Positions 1-13,169 are shown, counted from the first letter of the stretch. The stretch is 64,000 nucleotides of DNA from Macrostomum hystrix (GCA_950097015.1 CATNEN010000038.1:21080001-21144000), one strand, 5' to 3'. Numbers and translations: made by a program. Notes: generated from the letters alone by a model not told the origin.

Positions 1-1021
1 AGACAATTTGCTAACGAGCCTCAGGCTGCCGGCGGGCAAACATGCTTGACCTTGACTGCTCAGCATCGTTCAATCGACAACTCACCAGTTGGCGGAGGCG
101 AAGTCCTTTAACAACTACCATGTAGGCGAGCATCAGAAGCAGCAGCCAAGGAAGCTTCTTCGCAATGGCGACCATCGCTTTTAGATCAACGTGCTAGTCT
201 AGTAGGTAAACTAAATATCTATTAATTTGCTTCCTATGCCAACAATCGGGGGCTGGCAAACTAGACGAGTAGGTGATTAGGGTTGACACAGCCACTGCCG
301 TTTTATCTCCGAGTAGGCTATAGCATTTTAGAACGAGTTTCCGCTTTTTTCTATGAGCATTTCTGCTTTTTTTCCATAGACACTGCCACGTCTTTCTGAC
401 ACGTCAGTAGCACTAATTCAAAATGAAAATATCCAAAAATGGAGATGAAAAATCATTGCCATCAATTTTTGAGCTTGTGTAACACTACCCCTGACCTTCG
501 CGCACGTTTCTTGCTGCAGCTCCTGAATAGAGAAATATATGAACATGATTTTAACTTTGCTTTCTTTGTGACAAAAGTTCCTTTCATTTGACACCATAGG
601 CGTGAAATTTCATGGCTCCGTTGAAGAGCTACTTTGGACATTCCGGGAACTTTTGGGACGCCCCTCGTATCTGAGGAATTGATAGATCTATCTGAGGAAT
701 GAGTAGATCTATCTGAGGAATGAGTAGATCTATCTGAGGTCTATTTGTTTATTTTAGAACGATGTTAAATTTTCTAAACAGAACATCAACTTTAAATCTT
801 CAAATGCAAACACAAGTTCAAGTTGTTGGTGCAGATGCAGATAATTTGATAATGTGATAATTTTTCAATTTGTGGTTTGCACTCAACCTCTTATTGAAAG
901 CACTCAGTTTAAAAGCTTGCTTTCTCGATAAAAACCTTTCCATTTCGCGCACGTAACTTCTATAGCTCGCAGATGTTGAGAGGGTGACAATTTTAAAAAC
1001 GTTTCTGAAGCTATAGACGCT

Positions 1022-1771
1022 ATGCTTGTTGCTCTTCTAGTGGCAGCAATTCTTTGTCTTGACTTGACCGAGGCCAGTTCCATTGTTGAAGAATTTTCCG
1101 AAATCAGCGGCTCCCTGTGCATCAACAGCGACTTCGTATCCCTCGAAGGTGCAGGCCACACCAAACTGCAGTGTGCAGTCAAGTGCAGTCTGAAGGTTAA
1201 CTGCCAGGCCTTCTCAGTGAAAGACGGTGGAGACTGCAGCCACTTTGTGTTCAACAGGTGCAGCAAGCAGGTGAGAGACTGCGGCTGCAGCAGCACCGGA
1301 AGGCTGTTTTTGAGGCGACAACATGGCCTGTCGCCGGGTCGCCTGTGCTCAAGCAACTATGCTGAGCAGCTGTGCGGAGTGAAGTACGCGCTGTTCTCTG
1401 ACCCGCCATGGTTCCAGGCCAGCCGTCTGGGCTGCGATTCGGAGCCTGGCCTAGCCATCATGGCCGACATCACCGACCTGCAGGAGCTGAGCTTCATTAA
1501 ATCACTAGCTAACAAGTACAAGCAGAACTTTACTGCATTTTTTGTATCCGGACTTCAGAAACCTGGCAGTCTGGAGCCTCACGGTGGCTGGTACTGGGCT
1601 AGCTGTGACCTGCCAATCAACGGTACCTACTGGGCCAGCTCAGAGCCCAACGATGCCAATGGACAGCAAAATGTAACCATTGTAGTTGGAGGCGCTGGTC
1701 TGGCCGACCATTTCGATGGCTCGTCACAGTTTAACAAAGGCGTCCTGTGTGAATGCCTAGATCAATTTTAA
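1022..1771 (+). CDS. Secreted PAN/apple-like + C-type lectin domain protein, single exon, 249 aa
   Basis: ATG-TAA ORF. Hydrophobic signal peptide MLVALLVAAILCLDLTEA; PAN-like CAVKCSLKVNCQAF..C; CTLD motifs MADITDLQELSFI, FFVSG, WYW, YWASSEPND, LCEC. AATAAA at 1807-1812. Confidence 0.85.
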   Translation: MLVALLVAAILCLDLTEASSIVEEFSEISGSLCINSDFVSLEGAGHTKLQCAVKCSLKVNCQAFSVKDGGDCSHFVFNRCSKQVRDCGCSSTGRLFLRRQHGLSPGRLCSSNYAEQLCGVKYALFSDPPWFQASRLGCDSEPGLAIMADITDLQELSFIKSLANKYKQNFTAFFVSGLQKPGSLEPHGGWYWASCDLPINGTYWASSEPNDANGQQNVTIVVGGAGLADHFDGSSQFNKGVLCECLDQF

Positions 1772-3465
1772 AGTTCAGCTTTTGATTGGGTCTTCACGAA
1801 TAATCAAATAAACTCGAAAGAAGTTCAGTTTAAGGATTCTCTCGACGATGCTGACGTTGGACTTTGAAAGTTAGTTCATCGCAATGGGTGGGAGATTTCG
1901 ATCCAAATAGTGGACTTCAAAAGGATGTTATGGGCAAAGGGGATAAGTCTGAAGATCTGGGGGATTGCTTACTATGGGAGGGGATTAATCAAGGACTATT
2001 CGAGTCAATGAGACAGATGAGATAGTGATGGGACAGTTTACAGATAATATGAGACTTAGAGATGGACATGTACAAAAGGAGAGAAGTGAGACAACCTACC
2101 AGAGCAGGCCGGCAGTCCAGCAGTTGAGCTCCAACCGGCTCACAATGAAAGCCAGGAATAGAGAATGCTTTCGGGCAGTGATGATCAGCTACTCAGAGAT
2201 GGCAGCCTTCGCGGTGACGCGACCACAGTGGCTGCTCCTGCATGCAGTGCCGACAGAAGCAAAAAGCTGGACATTCGATAGCAGCGGAGATCAGTTGGCC
2301 TTCTTTTTGCGAGTGGGAGATTATTCCCTTATCTAATTATCCGTTTATCTCTTTATCCTCCTATTAGTTTTTTTCTTATCCTCTTATCAGTTCATTCCCT
2401 TATCCTCTTTTCAGTTTATTCCCTTATCCTCTTATCAGTTTATTCCCTTATCCTCTTATCGGTTTATTCTCTCAAATACCCCATATCCCATACCCCATAC
2501 CCCATACCCCATACTATCTTTCATCTCTCATCTGTCTCTCATCATCTATCTCACGAAAGTTCCGTGAAGTTAAAAGAATTTTTTATGCAAGTAAACTTTG
2601 GAAGCCTAATTTCTTGCAAGAAAATTTATTGACCATGTACCCTAGTTGTAATGATGCGTCATGCACCCTAGATTTAATGATGAGTCACGCACCCTAGATG
2701 AATGATGAGTCATGCACCCATCGTCAGTCAGTAAACTGGTGTTAGTTAACTATAGTATGCACTGAGAACCTTATTAAGTAAAGTACAGTGGCATTCTGTC
2801 AGTTTATTTCTAATTACTAGCAATTAGTCAATTCATTGTTAATAGCCAATCCAAAGCCAAACATTATCGGACCCATGCGCCGCCGAAGTGAATTATAACA
2901 ATCGGTTTAGGCAGCAGGGTCGTCATTGATTTGACCGAACCATTTTTATACGGTTTCGCTCAGCAATTTAGCTTCGGACAGGACTGGCTTCACACAATAG
3001 CGTTTTCTGGGCTGCTGGCGACACACGGCGAATGGCTGCTCTTGAATGCGTTGTCGCCGTATGCCTCACTATCCTCATCCTCCTGAAGTCTTCCTGCTGC
3101 TGAAGAACAAATGCCTGTCGTAGTCCGTGCTGTCGAATCGCCTTTGATATCCGTCGGCGTTGCTTAAACCTGACCTGCCGGGCACCCTTGAAGCCAAACC
3201 AGCTGCCGTTGCCTTATTTTAAAAGGGAAATTTATTTATTGTAGTTTTATTACAAAAAGAGCCTAATAATTAAAGCTTACCAGTACACAGCCTTTGAAAG
3301 TGTACCAGTGCTTGTACATCCGGCCCGAGTATCAGTTTAATTCTCAACTATTTTTCTAAGTGAAATTTAGATGGAGGAGCGTGCTCCTGCTTAAATTTGG
3401 ATTTAGTTAATACAGAAAACATAAAACTAAATTAATTTTTTTCTAGAATATAGAGCCTTCCTTGC

Positions 3466-3758
3466 GCCAACCCCTCTCCGCACCAACCCCTCTCCGCACC
3501 AACCCTATCCGCACCAACCCCCTCCGCATCAACCCTCTCCGCAAAACCCTTGTCTGCACAAACGCCTCTTCACACCAACCCCTCTCGTACCAACCCCTCT
3601 CCTTACCAACCCCTCTCCGCACCAACCCCTCTCGTACCAACCCTCTCCGCATCAACCCCTCTCCGCACCAACCCTATCCGCACCAACCCTCTCCGCACCA
3701 ACCCCTCTCCGCACCAAAACCTCTGCGCAGCGCACTAACCCCTCTCCATACAGCCCCT
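3466..3758. repeat. ~16-bp minisatellite CCAACCCCTCTCCGCA
   Basis: About 18 degenerate tandem copies. Confidence 0.9.
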
Positions 3759-3759
3759 C

Positions 3760-4504
3760 TCAGGCATCATTCATAATAGGAAAGTTAAAAGTACAAACTA
3801 AAACAACTGGACACGATGGCGTCAGCAGAAAACTGGCTCCACCAGTTGATCCGTTACAGTCGGCATCGCTGTCCAGCGAACTACGCGATAGCGGCTTCAA
3901 TTGTTGGTTTCTCTGCTGTTGCAACTGAAGACTGTCCACAACAGCTTTCAAAGCATTCTCCTGCCTAGCGCCGGCGACTTCAATCAAACTGGCCAGGGAG
4001 TTAACGCTGCTCTTTAGTCGGGTCGACTCTCTAGACGCTTGGCTCTGAAGATCCGACTGGAGCTGCTGCAGCCGCTCTTCCAAGGCCTCACGTTGGCTTC
4101 TCAAATCCGACCGAATCTGTTGCAGGCGTTCGTCAATTATCGCTTCTTGACTACGAAGCCAGCCTTCTAATCTGAGCCTATGATTGGTAGAATATGGTCA
4201 TATCCCCATTATTTAGTAACATCCCGCTGTAGTATGAAGGACTTCATAAGAAAACTCACTCCATAGCCGACAGCCGTAGCTTGAGGTCATTATAATCTGG
4301 CACCTTGGCGTCGGCATCGTCATTAGCTACTGTTGCTAATGACGCCTGAACACCAACACTGCTGCGTTTGTCCAGAGACTGTGTCGCCGAATTCGCTTGC
4401 CTCTTCACAGCCTGAGCTTTAGTTGGTTTAAGCGCCCTCGCTTTCGACTGCTGCTGCTGCTGCTGCTGTTGCTGCTTGACCTTGCCATTAGTTAGCAATG
4501 GCAT
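3760..4504 (-). CDS. Uncharacterised coiled-coil protein (exons 4504-4260 and 4177 to ~3843 or 3760; 3' end unresolved)
   Basis: In-frame phase-2 junction GA|gtgagt ... atag|G gives LSAMELRLEGWLRSQEAIIDERLQQ; poly-Q and heptad pattern. Further exons near 2970-3210 are possible but could not be phased. Confidence 0.55.
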
Positions 4505-5140
4505 AGCAATTAATTGTCTAATCAGAAACAAAGAAATCTAGACTTATATACCAAAGCGATTCTCAACCTGAGGCTTTTAAGTCTCGACCGTTTCCTGTGC
4601 GCGATATGGGTCCCGTGTCGCGTCTTATATAGCTACTGGCAGTAGTATGATTCCAAGTACAGCCTTAGCAGGGAAGTTTGCTTCACTAATTTATGGTCTT
4701 CTTCTTTTTAACGGAAAAAATGCTAATTTTTTTTAACTTATGCTTCTTTAATTACTCATGCATCGATAGATCGATAAACAGAAGGCTATGCTTTAGTTAT
4801 ATACCTTACAGTCAGATTTTAAATATATATTTGAAAAAGGTGCATAAACTACTTAGAGCAACTTAACAAAATGGCCGAAAAAATCGTTTCAACAAAAACA
4901 GCTGTGCAGAAAAAAGTTGCTTGATGAAAAGGCTTTTAAAAGACATTTAAACACCACGAGAAACAAAAACAGAAAATAAGAAAGTCATCTAGCCTTCTAA
5001 AGACTGTACAGATGTTCAGTCCACGGACTGGGGAGAGAAAGGGGGAGATTCGAACTCCCGACCTCTTAGTTATTAGTCCAAACTCACAATTTTCTGAGGC
5101 CCGTATTTTAATTATGCGGCCTGTAAAAATATAAAAAATA

Positions 5141-5435
5141 ATTGATTACACCTGCCCCATTTTGGTCAGATGTGCAGCCGACAGCACAGCCGCAGCTATT
5201 GCGCGGCGCATCTGCAGGCTGCGTACGGCTGTTCAGTCCATGGACTGGGAGGACGCCACACCCACCCTTACCTGTCCCACCTAATGCTAGTTCCCATTTA
5301 ACAGCTGGGTGAACTGAAGTATTGCAGAGTTAAGTGTCTTGCTAAAGCTCACAAGTTATTCCAGTGGAGTCGGGAATCGAACCACCGACCTTCAAGTCGT
5401 AAGTCCGACGCTCTAACCACTAGGCTACAGCCTCC
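5141..5435 (-). mobile_element. SINE family A (tRNA head + CORE-like domain), near full length
   Basis: Minus strand: A box TAGCCTAGTGG, B box GGTTCGATTCC, CORE-like TTTAGCAAGACACTTAACTCTG..CAGTTCACCCAGCTGTTAAATGGG, 3' GGGGCAGGTGTAATCAAT; homologous to 54663-54973. A fragment lies at ~4999-5080. Confidence 0.85.
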
Positions 5436-5761
5436 GTTTATGCAGGCCTATATCCACTTAAACAAACTGTTGATTGTTTACAAGCGAAAAAATGTCGAAT
5501 TGATTTGAAAACTAGAAAGAAACGGTTTGGTCTAAACAATTTCGATTGAATTGCTAAATTAATATTTAAAATATTCAGTGTCTAATATTTAGAAGAAAAC
5601 AAGATAAAAATATTTATGCCAATGCTATATGTTTTTTTATAACTTGATTATGAATTCTATATTGTTTCTAAAAGGCGCAGTATATTACGAGATATACCTA
5701 TGTTGTTATCAAATAGATTTCTCTTCAAAGGACCAAACATTAAATCGAATGGTTCGTAAAC

Positions 5762-5848
5762 TCATTGCCGTTTTAACGCTGGCCTAGGCAATGGCTGCAT
5801 CTGAATTTGAATCGGTAGCGGTGGCGGAGGCGGTGCAAGCGGCGCCAA

Positions 5849-5884
<36 letters not shown>

Positions 5885-7381
5885 ACCGCCGCGCACCGCC
5901 TGAGCTCGACGCCTCAAATCAGTCGCCCTAGTACCGATAGCCGAGGTGAACGCTGGTAGGCGACTCAAACTAGTGTCTTCCCGGCTCAAGGAACTGCTAG
6001 TAGATTGCAAGAATAAATTGTATTGCTGCTGCTGCTGCTGCTGCTGATAATGATGATTGTGATGCTGTACTGGTCTTATATTCAGTCTGGTTGTACTGGA
6101 AATATCTGGATAGCAACTCCCAGTAGCAGCTCGCTTTAGCCGGTCAATTTCTTTCGATTGGCGATTGATTCGATCGAGCAGTCGCTCGATAATCTGCTCG
6201 CAATCGTCTAGGCTCGGAGCGCGGGCGTCATCGTCTATGGCCGAACCTGCCGGCACAGCCTGCACCAGTCGCATAGGGTTTAGACGCAGCCGCTGACTGC
6301 CATTAGCCAGCAGAAGCAATTCTGTCGCCGGCTCCGGTTGAGTAGATCTGATAAAAAATGTTTTGCACCCTTATTTTCTGTACTTATTTACTAAACTAAC
6401 GTGTCACTGGGGTGAAACTTACCGATTCGTGTTAAGAGCGTCGGATGTTACGTCATCAGTAGCGTTCATTTGCGGAATATTGATTGGCGATTTCGGCTGA
6501 GCTATCTGCTCTCGGCCCCTGAGACGATAATATTTATGAGTAAAGCTTTTTGTACAACAATTATGCCTATGAGATCTGACCCCTTGATTAGAAAATTTGA
6601 AAATTCCTAAGCTCAGGAGTCAGCTGAATAGGCAGAACTGCCTCCTCGCTGGATGCGGGTCTATTGTCACTAAATGGTGTGCCAGTGCCCGCAGCCCTCC
6701 GGCACCTTTACGAAATCACTATTGTTACTATTTCCGTGGTATAAAAGCGCAAGACCTCCGCGATTTGGAGGCCAAGTCTCTAACCACAGGGCTACGACCG
6801 ACACTTAAACAGGAAATTTTACGCAATCATACCTATCAAGCAACGTTTCGGAGACAGGATCTGCTTGAAGCTGATCGTCACCAATCCGATCATGATTTTC
6901 TGAAACTTTACGCAGCTTTTCTTTCTGGTGCTGCTGTTTTTGCTGCTGACTTTCAGTTATTTGTAGCCTACGACGCAATTGCGCCAGCTCATGGAGCAGC
7001 TCAGAAACATCCGCAGGCTGCTGAGGATGAGCTGGCTTATGACGCTGTTCATCAGGCTGGTCATCATTATGAGCATTTCTTTTAACTGCCTCAGCTGACT
7101 GTTGACGCAGTGATGCTCTACTTGCCATGACTAGGCGGTACTGCAGATCTGGAATAAAAATTATAGTTAAAAACTACTAACTATTACAGACAAGACAAAG
7201 TTTTCGTACTAGCAAAAATGTACGAACCATTGTTTTCCCGACGTAGTCGTTCAATTTCTGATCGCAAAGCCAGCAAAATTTCCGCTTGTCGGTCGCGCAA
7301 AAAAACTTCAGTACGCTCTGCACTGGGGTGCCAGTCTGGGTAGCGCAATTCTGTCCCGCCGCTTGAGAATGAGGCTTCCAT
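5762..7381 (-). CDS. CCDC92/CCDC74 N-terminal-domain coiled-coil protein (exons 7381-7228, 7148-6833, 6518-6423, 6347-5762; ~383 aa)
   Basis: All three GT-AG junctions keep frame. Spliced SAERTEVFLRDRQAEILLALRSEIERLRRENNDLQYRL resembles the CCDC92/74 N-terminal motif (FLqqeH..tLkgLheEIerL...kdL). Start codon uncertain. Confidence 0.65.
6611..6730 (+). mobile_element. SINE family B, 3' fragment
   Basis: GCTCAGGAGTCAGC..GGCAGAACTGCCTCCTCGCTGG..GTCACTAAATG matches 47336-47420 and the reverse complement of 59341-59440. Confidence 0.7.
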
Positions 7382-9561
7382 CACAGATGTATTCAGCAAG
7401 CTGGAATTTCGGAAACTAGATTTGGCTCGTTTGTTTTTCCACTTATCATCCAAATAGCAACTAACAGTTCTTTTTAATAAATAATTCAACTGTCCAGTGT
7501 AAAACAAAACAGTGAAATGTCACAAATATAGCTTTACATAAAGATATATAGTAAAAGTAAAAGTATATTTAAATTGTTACAATAAATATCACATGCCACA
7601 AATCAAAATTTGTAGCTATAACTAGTATTTGTGTTTATTAGAAAATTGTGTTGATATGCCTTTTCTATTCCATTCTCGTAGCTGGTGTGCTTAATTTAAG
7701 TCTAGGCTAGGCAACAGATTGTTGCATTTAAATGACTAGAATGGTGCATAGGGAAAAATCTAGACAGTAAATAAGTAACTAGAAAAAACTAAATAGAAAC
7801 ATTTTTGTAGCTGGTAGAGCTACAGTGTTGTAATCTGACTCAGACGAGACGAACACATTCTTTGCGTCGCGTCGTAGAAAAAAAAAAGAAATATTATACT
7901 CATGTTAAAATAGTTATTTATCACGGCATCCCAAAGAGTAAAAATACTACACAACATATCTCATCCAAAAAGACTGAAACCTATTTTTATATTTATAAAA
8001 GATTTGACACAGAATTCACGCGATAAATACTGTCGTTAAGACAGTATATTTGTTATTCTTACTGTTAGCGTCTTGTTTTCATTCAGATGTTTTCTCAGAA
8101 TCGTCAAGTAAATCGCTGCCAAAACGAACGAACAAACAACCGATCCGCTGCTCGCTCAAACTTTCAAATCAAAGTCTGACCATCTTGAAAAATTCCTCCT
8201 AGATTGTCTATCCCCTAATATCATTTTCTTTTCTGCTAATTTGATTTGTTTGATTTCTTTCTTCTCTGCTAATTTCGTTACTCTCTTCGTGTACGTGGAA
8301 TCATTCACTTTGTGGTGGTTAAATTCAGCTAGACTTGCTTTAGTAAATGTGACTGTTTTGGTTGTTTAGCGGTATTTTGTATTTTAGCAAATTAGACAAG
8401 CAGGCGATCAAGGCTAGCTAAGCTAACGCAAGACTAAGCTAAGCAACTGTTCTAGTGCTCTTTCTTAAATATTAAGGACAAATTACTTTATCACATCTTG
8501 AATTAGCTCTAGAAATAATTCTTAACTCCATTTTGTCCATTGACTTAGTTATACTTCATAGAATGGCTACATGCCTTATTTTGCCAGATAGGCTATCTCT
8601 TTCCAAATATGGTAGCATTTTGGTATGGTAGGAGAAGTGTCTAAGCAGCAAACACTTCTCCTTTCTAGTCACTCATAGACTAACTGGCTATTATTTGGGG
8701 CCTGCCTCACAAGTTTAAATTCATTGGCTATTTCTTATATTCCCTATGTCCTATGATAGTGAGATAGGTATGTATAGGCTTATGCAACAACTTTTGTATA
8801 CTATTTATTTTAATTACACCTATCTGCTTTGTTTAGGCCACTATAGGAAAGGCTAAAAAGATAATGTACTTTTATTTTTACTTTTGTATGCTAAAATAAC
8901 TAATGAAATAGACTCAATCGAGTTGGCTCAGGCTATTCTTACTCTGGGGCATTGCAGCCATGATCATAATCCTAGATTTTAGCAGAATAGCCTAGCTGTA
9001 GGCCTAATGCTTGATTGTTAGTATGTATGATTAGAATGGTAAATAAAAGCTCTGGTCTTGGGCCCTTTACACTTTTTACTGGTACCAACCAAAACAAAAC
9101 CAAAAAACCAACCACACCAACCAAGAGGCTATCGTACTTGACAAGTTTTCTATTCTTGAAGAGAGTATTTAATTCCTTAACTTGTACCTTGATGCCCAGT
9201 ATCAAAAAGCCACTCTTTACACTTAGATTTTTATCTTCATGGGTATAGCTTGCTTGCTTAGCTAGGTCCAAAAGTTTCCAAAGTTCTGTACAACTGAGCC
9301 AGATAGATAAAGTGCATGTGTTTTGTAGGATACATACTGGGCCCCTGTCCCATGTGAATATAGGGAGCTCCTCTGGAATATTCAAGATTAATTCTATATG
9401 AGACATTTAGAATTTAAGAATATCAAAAACGGAAAGCTAGATTCCTAATATTAATCCCTCTTAGTTAATAATTCCCATTTTCAGCATTGTGCTACTTAGC
9501 AAAATATCACTTATTTGTTATATTCTTTGCCTAAAAGCAAAGGAAAAATAAAACAAAAGTT

Positions 9562-12087
9562 ATGAGGCGCAGCGCTGCATTGGCAACATCGCCTAGAAAA
9601 AAGCTGCCATGGAATTTTCATCAAGCAAGAATGCCAACTGCAACACCCACCTCGCCTATGCCTGTAACACCGCGGGTGTCCATCAACAAGGAGAATATGC
9701 CGGTACATACCTGTGAACAAGTACCCTTAATTAACAATTGACTGAGTATCCCAAACATTAGAACCAAATAGGTCCATGAGCTTTTGAACTAAAATAATTT
9801 TTTTTCATGGACGTGAGGTAGATTCTAAGCCTCAAAATTCAGAACCTCACACCTAAAAATATTTTTTTGATATTGCAAAACCTAAAAAATGAGCCTTAAG
9901 AAAAAAATTCCATTGCTAATAATCTATGAAATCCCGAGTCTAAAGAGAATGAAAAAATCACATCTCATTAACGGCAAATCGTTAATTACCAGGACAATGG
10001 TTCTGAGTCGGCGTCCAACAACAGTTCGGCGGGTCTAGTTGCCATCAAGCTTTTCCAGCCGGCAGCTTCTCCGGGTGGGCCGGTTAAAAGTGCGTCAGCT
10101 AGTAGGAATCGACGATCCGCAGCGACCAGTCAACAGACTCCTTCAGCCAGACAGCAGCAGCAGCAGTCGCCAATGCTGACGACCCAGACGCCTTCTTCTC
10201 AGGAGTTCGAAGTGATGACTTGTTCCGGCCTATTAAAAGAGGTGTTGGCTAGTGCAGGTATGCTATGATTTTGAGATTTTTATTTGCCATTGTGATTCTT
10301 TTATAGCGAAAATATCGAAAAAGTCATAGTCAACAGTTTAGTTTGAGCTTTCGACTTAAAAGTTATTTTGGTTTGTGTCGTGGCTTGCCCAGTCCCTGGA
10401 CTGAACAGCTGTACGCAGTTTTTGGAAGCGCCTGACGAGAAGTTCGTTGCTAGGGTTTTTCAAAACGGCTGTTCATTGTGCCCTTAGAAGGGCCGTTTTA
10501 TCACACTGCAATTTTTTAAACTTTTACTCTTTCGACTGTGCATCGCAGCAGCAACGCAGAAGCAAAAAAAGCAACAACAGTCAAAGTCTTCTTCTGCTAC
10601 TACTTCTGCGGCAGCTTCGGCATCCTCGCCGGATCACCTCATCGCCATTCGCCAATTAGCCGCCCAGTTGGCATCGAAAGTGGCCCACCGGCCTGACTGC
10701 TTGGCCCTGCTATCCGAGCTGGACCAACGGCTAGACCAGTTATCTGCCGACATTGCCCTAGTTGCTGGCCAATTTCGTGACGAGAATCGCGTTCTCCGTC
10801 GTAGAATTCGCCAATTAGAGCGCGAGTCGTCAATAGCTAGTAGCCAATCGGAATCGACCGTCGCTGCGGCTGTTGCCGCCGCTGCTGCCGCTAGCCAATC
10901 AGAGGCGGCCTGGCGCGAATGGGGTCGAAGAGAGGCTCAGCTATTGGCCAGGCTGCAAGCGGCCGAAACGGCCAAGAGCCAATTAGAAACGAGATCGGCA
11001 GCCCTCGAGACTGAACTAAGAGAAATGTCCAGGTAAGTTTTTTAGGTCTATGGCTTTTTACTTATTAGATTTCGTTCAAAAATCCCAGCGCACACAAGAA
11101 ACAATCGCAGTCACACCATTCAAAAGCACAGAGACCGAAAGCCTTTTGAAATATCCCCTCGGCGTTGTTTCCCATTCAAGATTTCTCCTTAGGGATTTCC
11201 CGTCCTGGAGTCAACAAAACTTCTTGTTCTTGATGCCCCTTCAATTATTACTGTCCGAGATTTACTCTTTAGAAATTTCCATGCCGATTCTCTTATTGTG
11301 GTTTCCCTGATTAGTTTTCCCTGATGGAATTTCCTTGATAAGATTCCCCGGCGGGATTTCCCCGATGGGATTTCCCTTGGAAGCCTTAATTTTCTAGAAC
11401 AGTATTCCTGTTAAACTAAAGAACGCCTAAAAGTATACATTGCTTTTTGAACTGAATGTTTGTAGGCAATCACGTCCAGTTAGCGTCGTTAGCAACGCGG
11501 CTAGCAACGATCCGACAGCGGCGGTTGCATCGCCGTTAACAGCTGCTAATTTAGCCAGACACACCAATAGGCATCGCCTGATGGAGATGAAGACAGAAGC
11601 CTGCCAGAAACAGTTTGTTGAAGCAGAGAACTGCCACAATGGTCCAACAGCACTTGCCAACGAAGCCAATAATGATGGCCTCGATGACAATGATGATTAC
11701 GCAATCACCAGCGTTAGTCAACAAGTTCGTCATCCTACTGCTAACAGTAATATGATTAGCAATAGTAGGAAAATTCTGCCACCGCCCGCTGCCACATCGT
11801 CGCCGCCGACTTTGGACACGTCCCCGGCGCCGCATCTCATCAGCGTGCCTGCTAGAAGGCTTCCGCCTGTCTCCGAGCCAATGATCGACAAGCGCGAACA
11901 ACCAATAGAAGATCGTCAAAATTTCGACGATCTGGACAATCTGGGCGACGTTGACCAGGACAGTGACGATGACGACGACGATGATGAGGCGGAATTTCGA
12001 CGCGGTCTGGCCAGAATTGAAGAGCAGATCGCCCGACTGCATTCCTCGCTTGGCGGCGGCGGCGGTTTGAAGGCGATCCAGCAGTGA
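9562..12087 (+). CDS. CCDC14-like coiled-coil protein (exons 9562-9702, 9993-10257, 10549-11032, 11466-12087; ~503 aa)
   Basis: Junction phases 0/1/2 are consistent. LSADIALVAGQFRDENRVLRRRIRQL resembles the recalled CCDC14 motif EIALAMQPLRSENAQLRR; KEN box (NKENMP) in putative exon 1; acidic C-terminus. Family assignment and exon 1 are tentative. Confidence 0.6.
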
Positions 12088-12114
12088 CTTTTTCAAAAAT
12101 TTAGTTTAAAATGT

Positions 12115-12181
12115 GATGGTCACGTGATGACCCGATGGTCACGTGATGACGCGATGGTCACGTGATGACCCGATGGTCATC
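12115..12181. repeat. 19-bp tandem repeat GATGGTCACGTGATGACCC, ~3.5 copies
   Basis: Seen directly, just 3' of the CCDC14-like stop codon. Confidence 0.85.
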
Positions 12182-12529
12182 ATATAGGCTGAGCCTATTA
12201 TTGATTTTATAACAAGCTCTACTAAATGCGGCGCATTTTTCTCTCAATCCAGTTTGCTTCTTTTGGTAATTTACTTGATAAACGCGATTTCATTCGTTGT
12301 AATTTTTATTTTGTCTAACTAAATACAAACATTCATAAATTTATTGATGATTTTTATAATGCCTAGAACTATAATATTATATTAGCATTTGTGTTAAATT
12401 AAAAGAATTTTTTTATTTTTGCAAATTTAAAATTAGTTACTTTTTTTTAGTTGAGACTCTAAGGGGCCTAGTGAACTGGTACTTGTTGATTTGTAATATT
12501 GGTACTCGTGCAATTATCGGTGAGCAAAA

Positions 12530-12870
12530 CTCATACGAGCGTACATGTGTACTTATGAGGGAGTACTGGTACACTTGTACTTATAGGTGAACAAGACAAG
12601 TAAACATGTACTTTTAGGTGAGCAATGATAGTACGCATGCACTTATAGGTGAACAAAAATGCTAGTACACGTGTACTTATCGATTAGCAGTTCTAGTACA
12701 CATGCACTTATAGGTAAGCAACACTAGTACACATGTACTTATTGTTTAGCAATTCTAGTACACATGAACTTATAGGTTAGCAATTCTAGTACACATGTAC
12801 TTATATGTCAGCATTACTAGTGCCTCCGTTACTTATTGTGAGCAAAACTAGTATGCATGCACTTTTAGGC
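12530..12870. repeat. Degenerate ~31-bp minisatellite (CTAGTACACATGTACTTATAGGTTAGCAATT)
   Basis: About 10 diverged copies between convergent genes. Confidence 0.75.
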
Positions 12871-13169
12871 GAGTTGTCGAAACTTAACTCCCAGAAAGAA
12901 AGAACTAATTAAACAATTTTAAGAATTTTTAGCGACTGTTCCCAACAAGGCTCATATATCTCATCAACATATATTTAAAGAAGATAAAAACATTTCTAAG
13001 AGCCGAATCAAGCGCGTTAAAACACGAGTGGTGAAAATAATTGCTGAATAGAGGTTCCTTGCACACAGTGATCCTATTGCAAATAAATAAAAAATGCATA
13101 AATGCATTCTGCATAACCCAAAACTCTTCATAAACTTTCGCTTATCGAAATGATGTGATGAAACTCAAG

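Noticed and set aside
2969-3390. GC-rich possible terminal exons of the 4504 gene
   Set aside because: Could not be phased unambiguously with the upstream donor; left unannotated.
8972-9406. 144-aa minus-strand ORF
   Set aside because: No recognisable domain, AT-rich composition unlike the real exons, and no convincing splice context.
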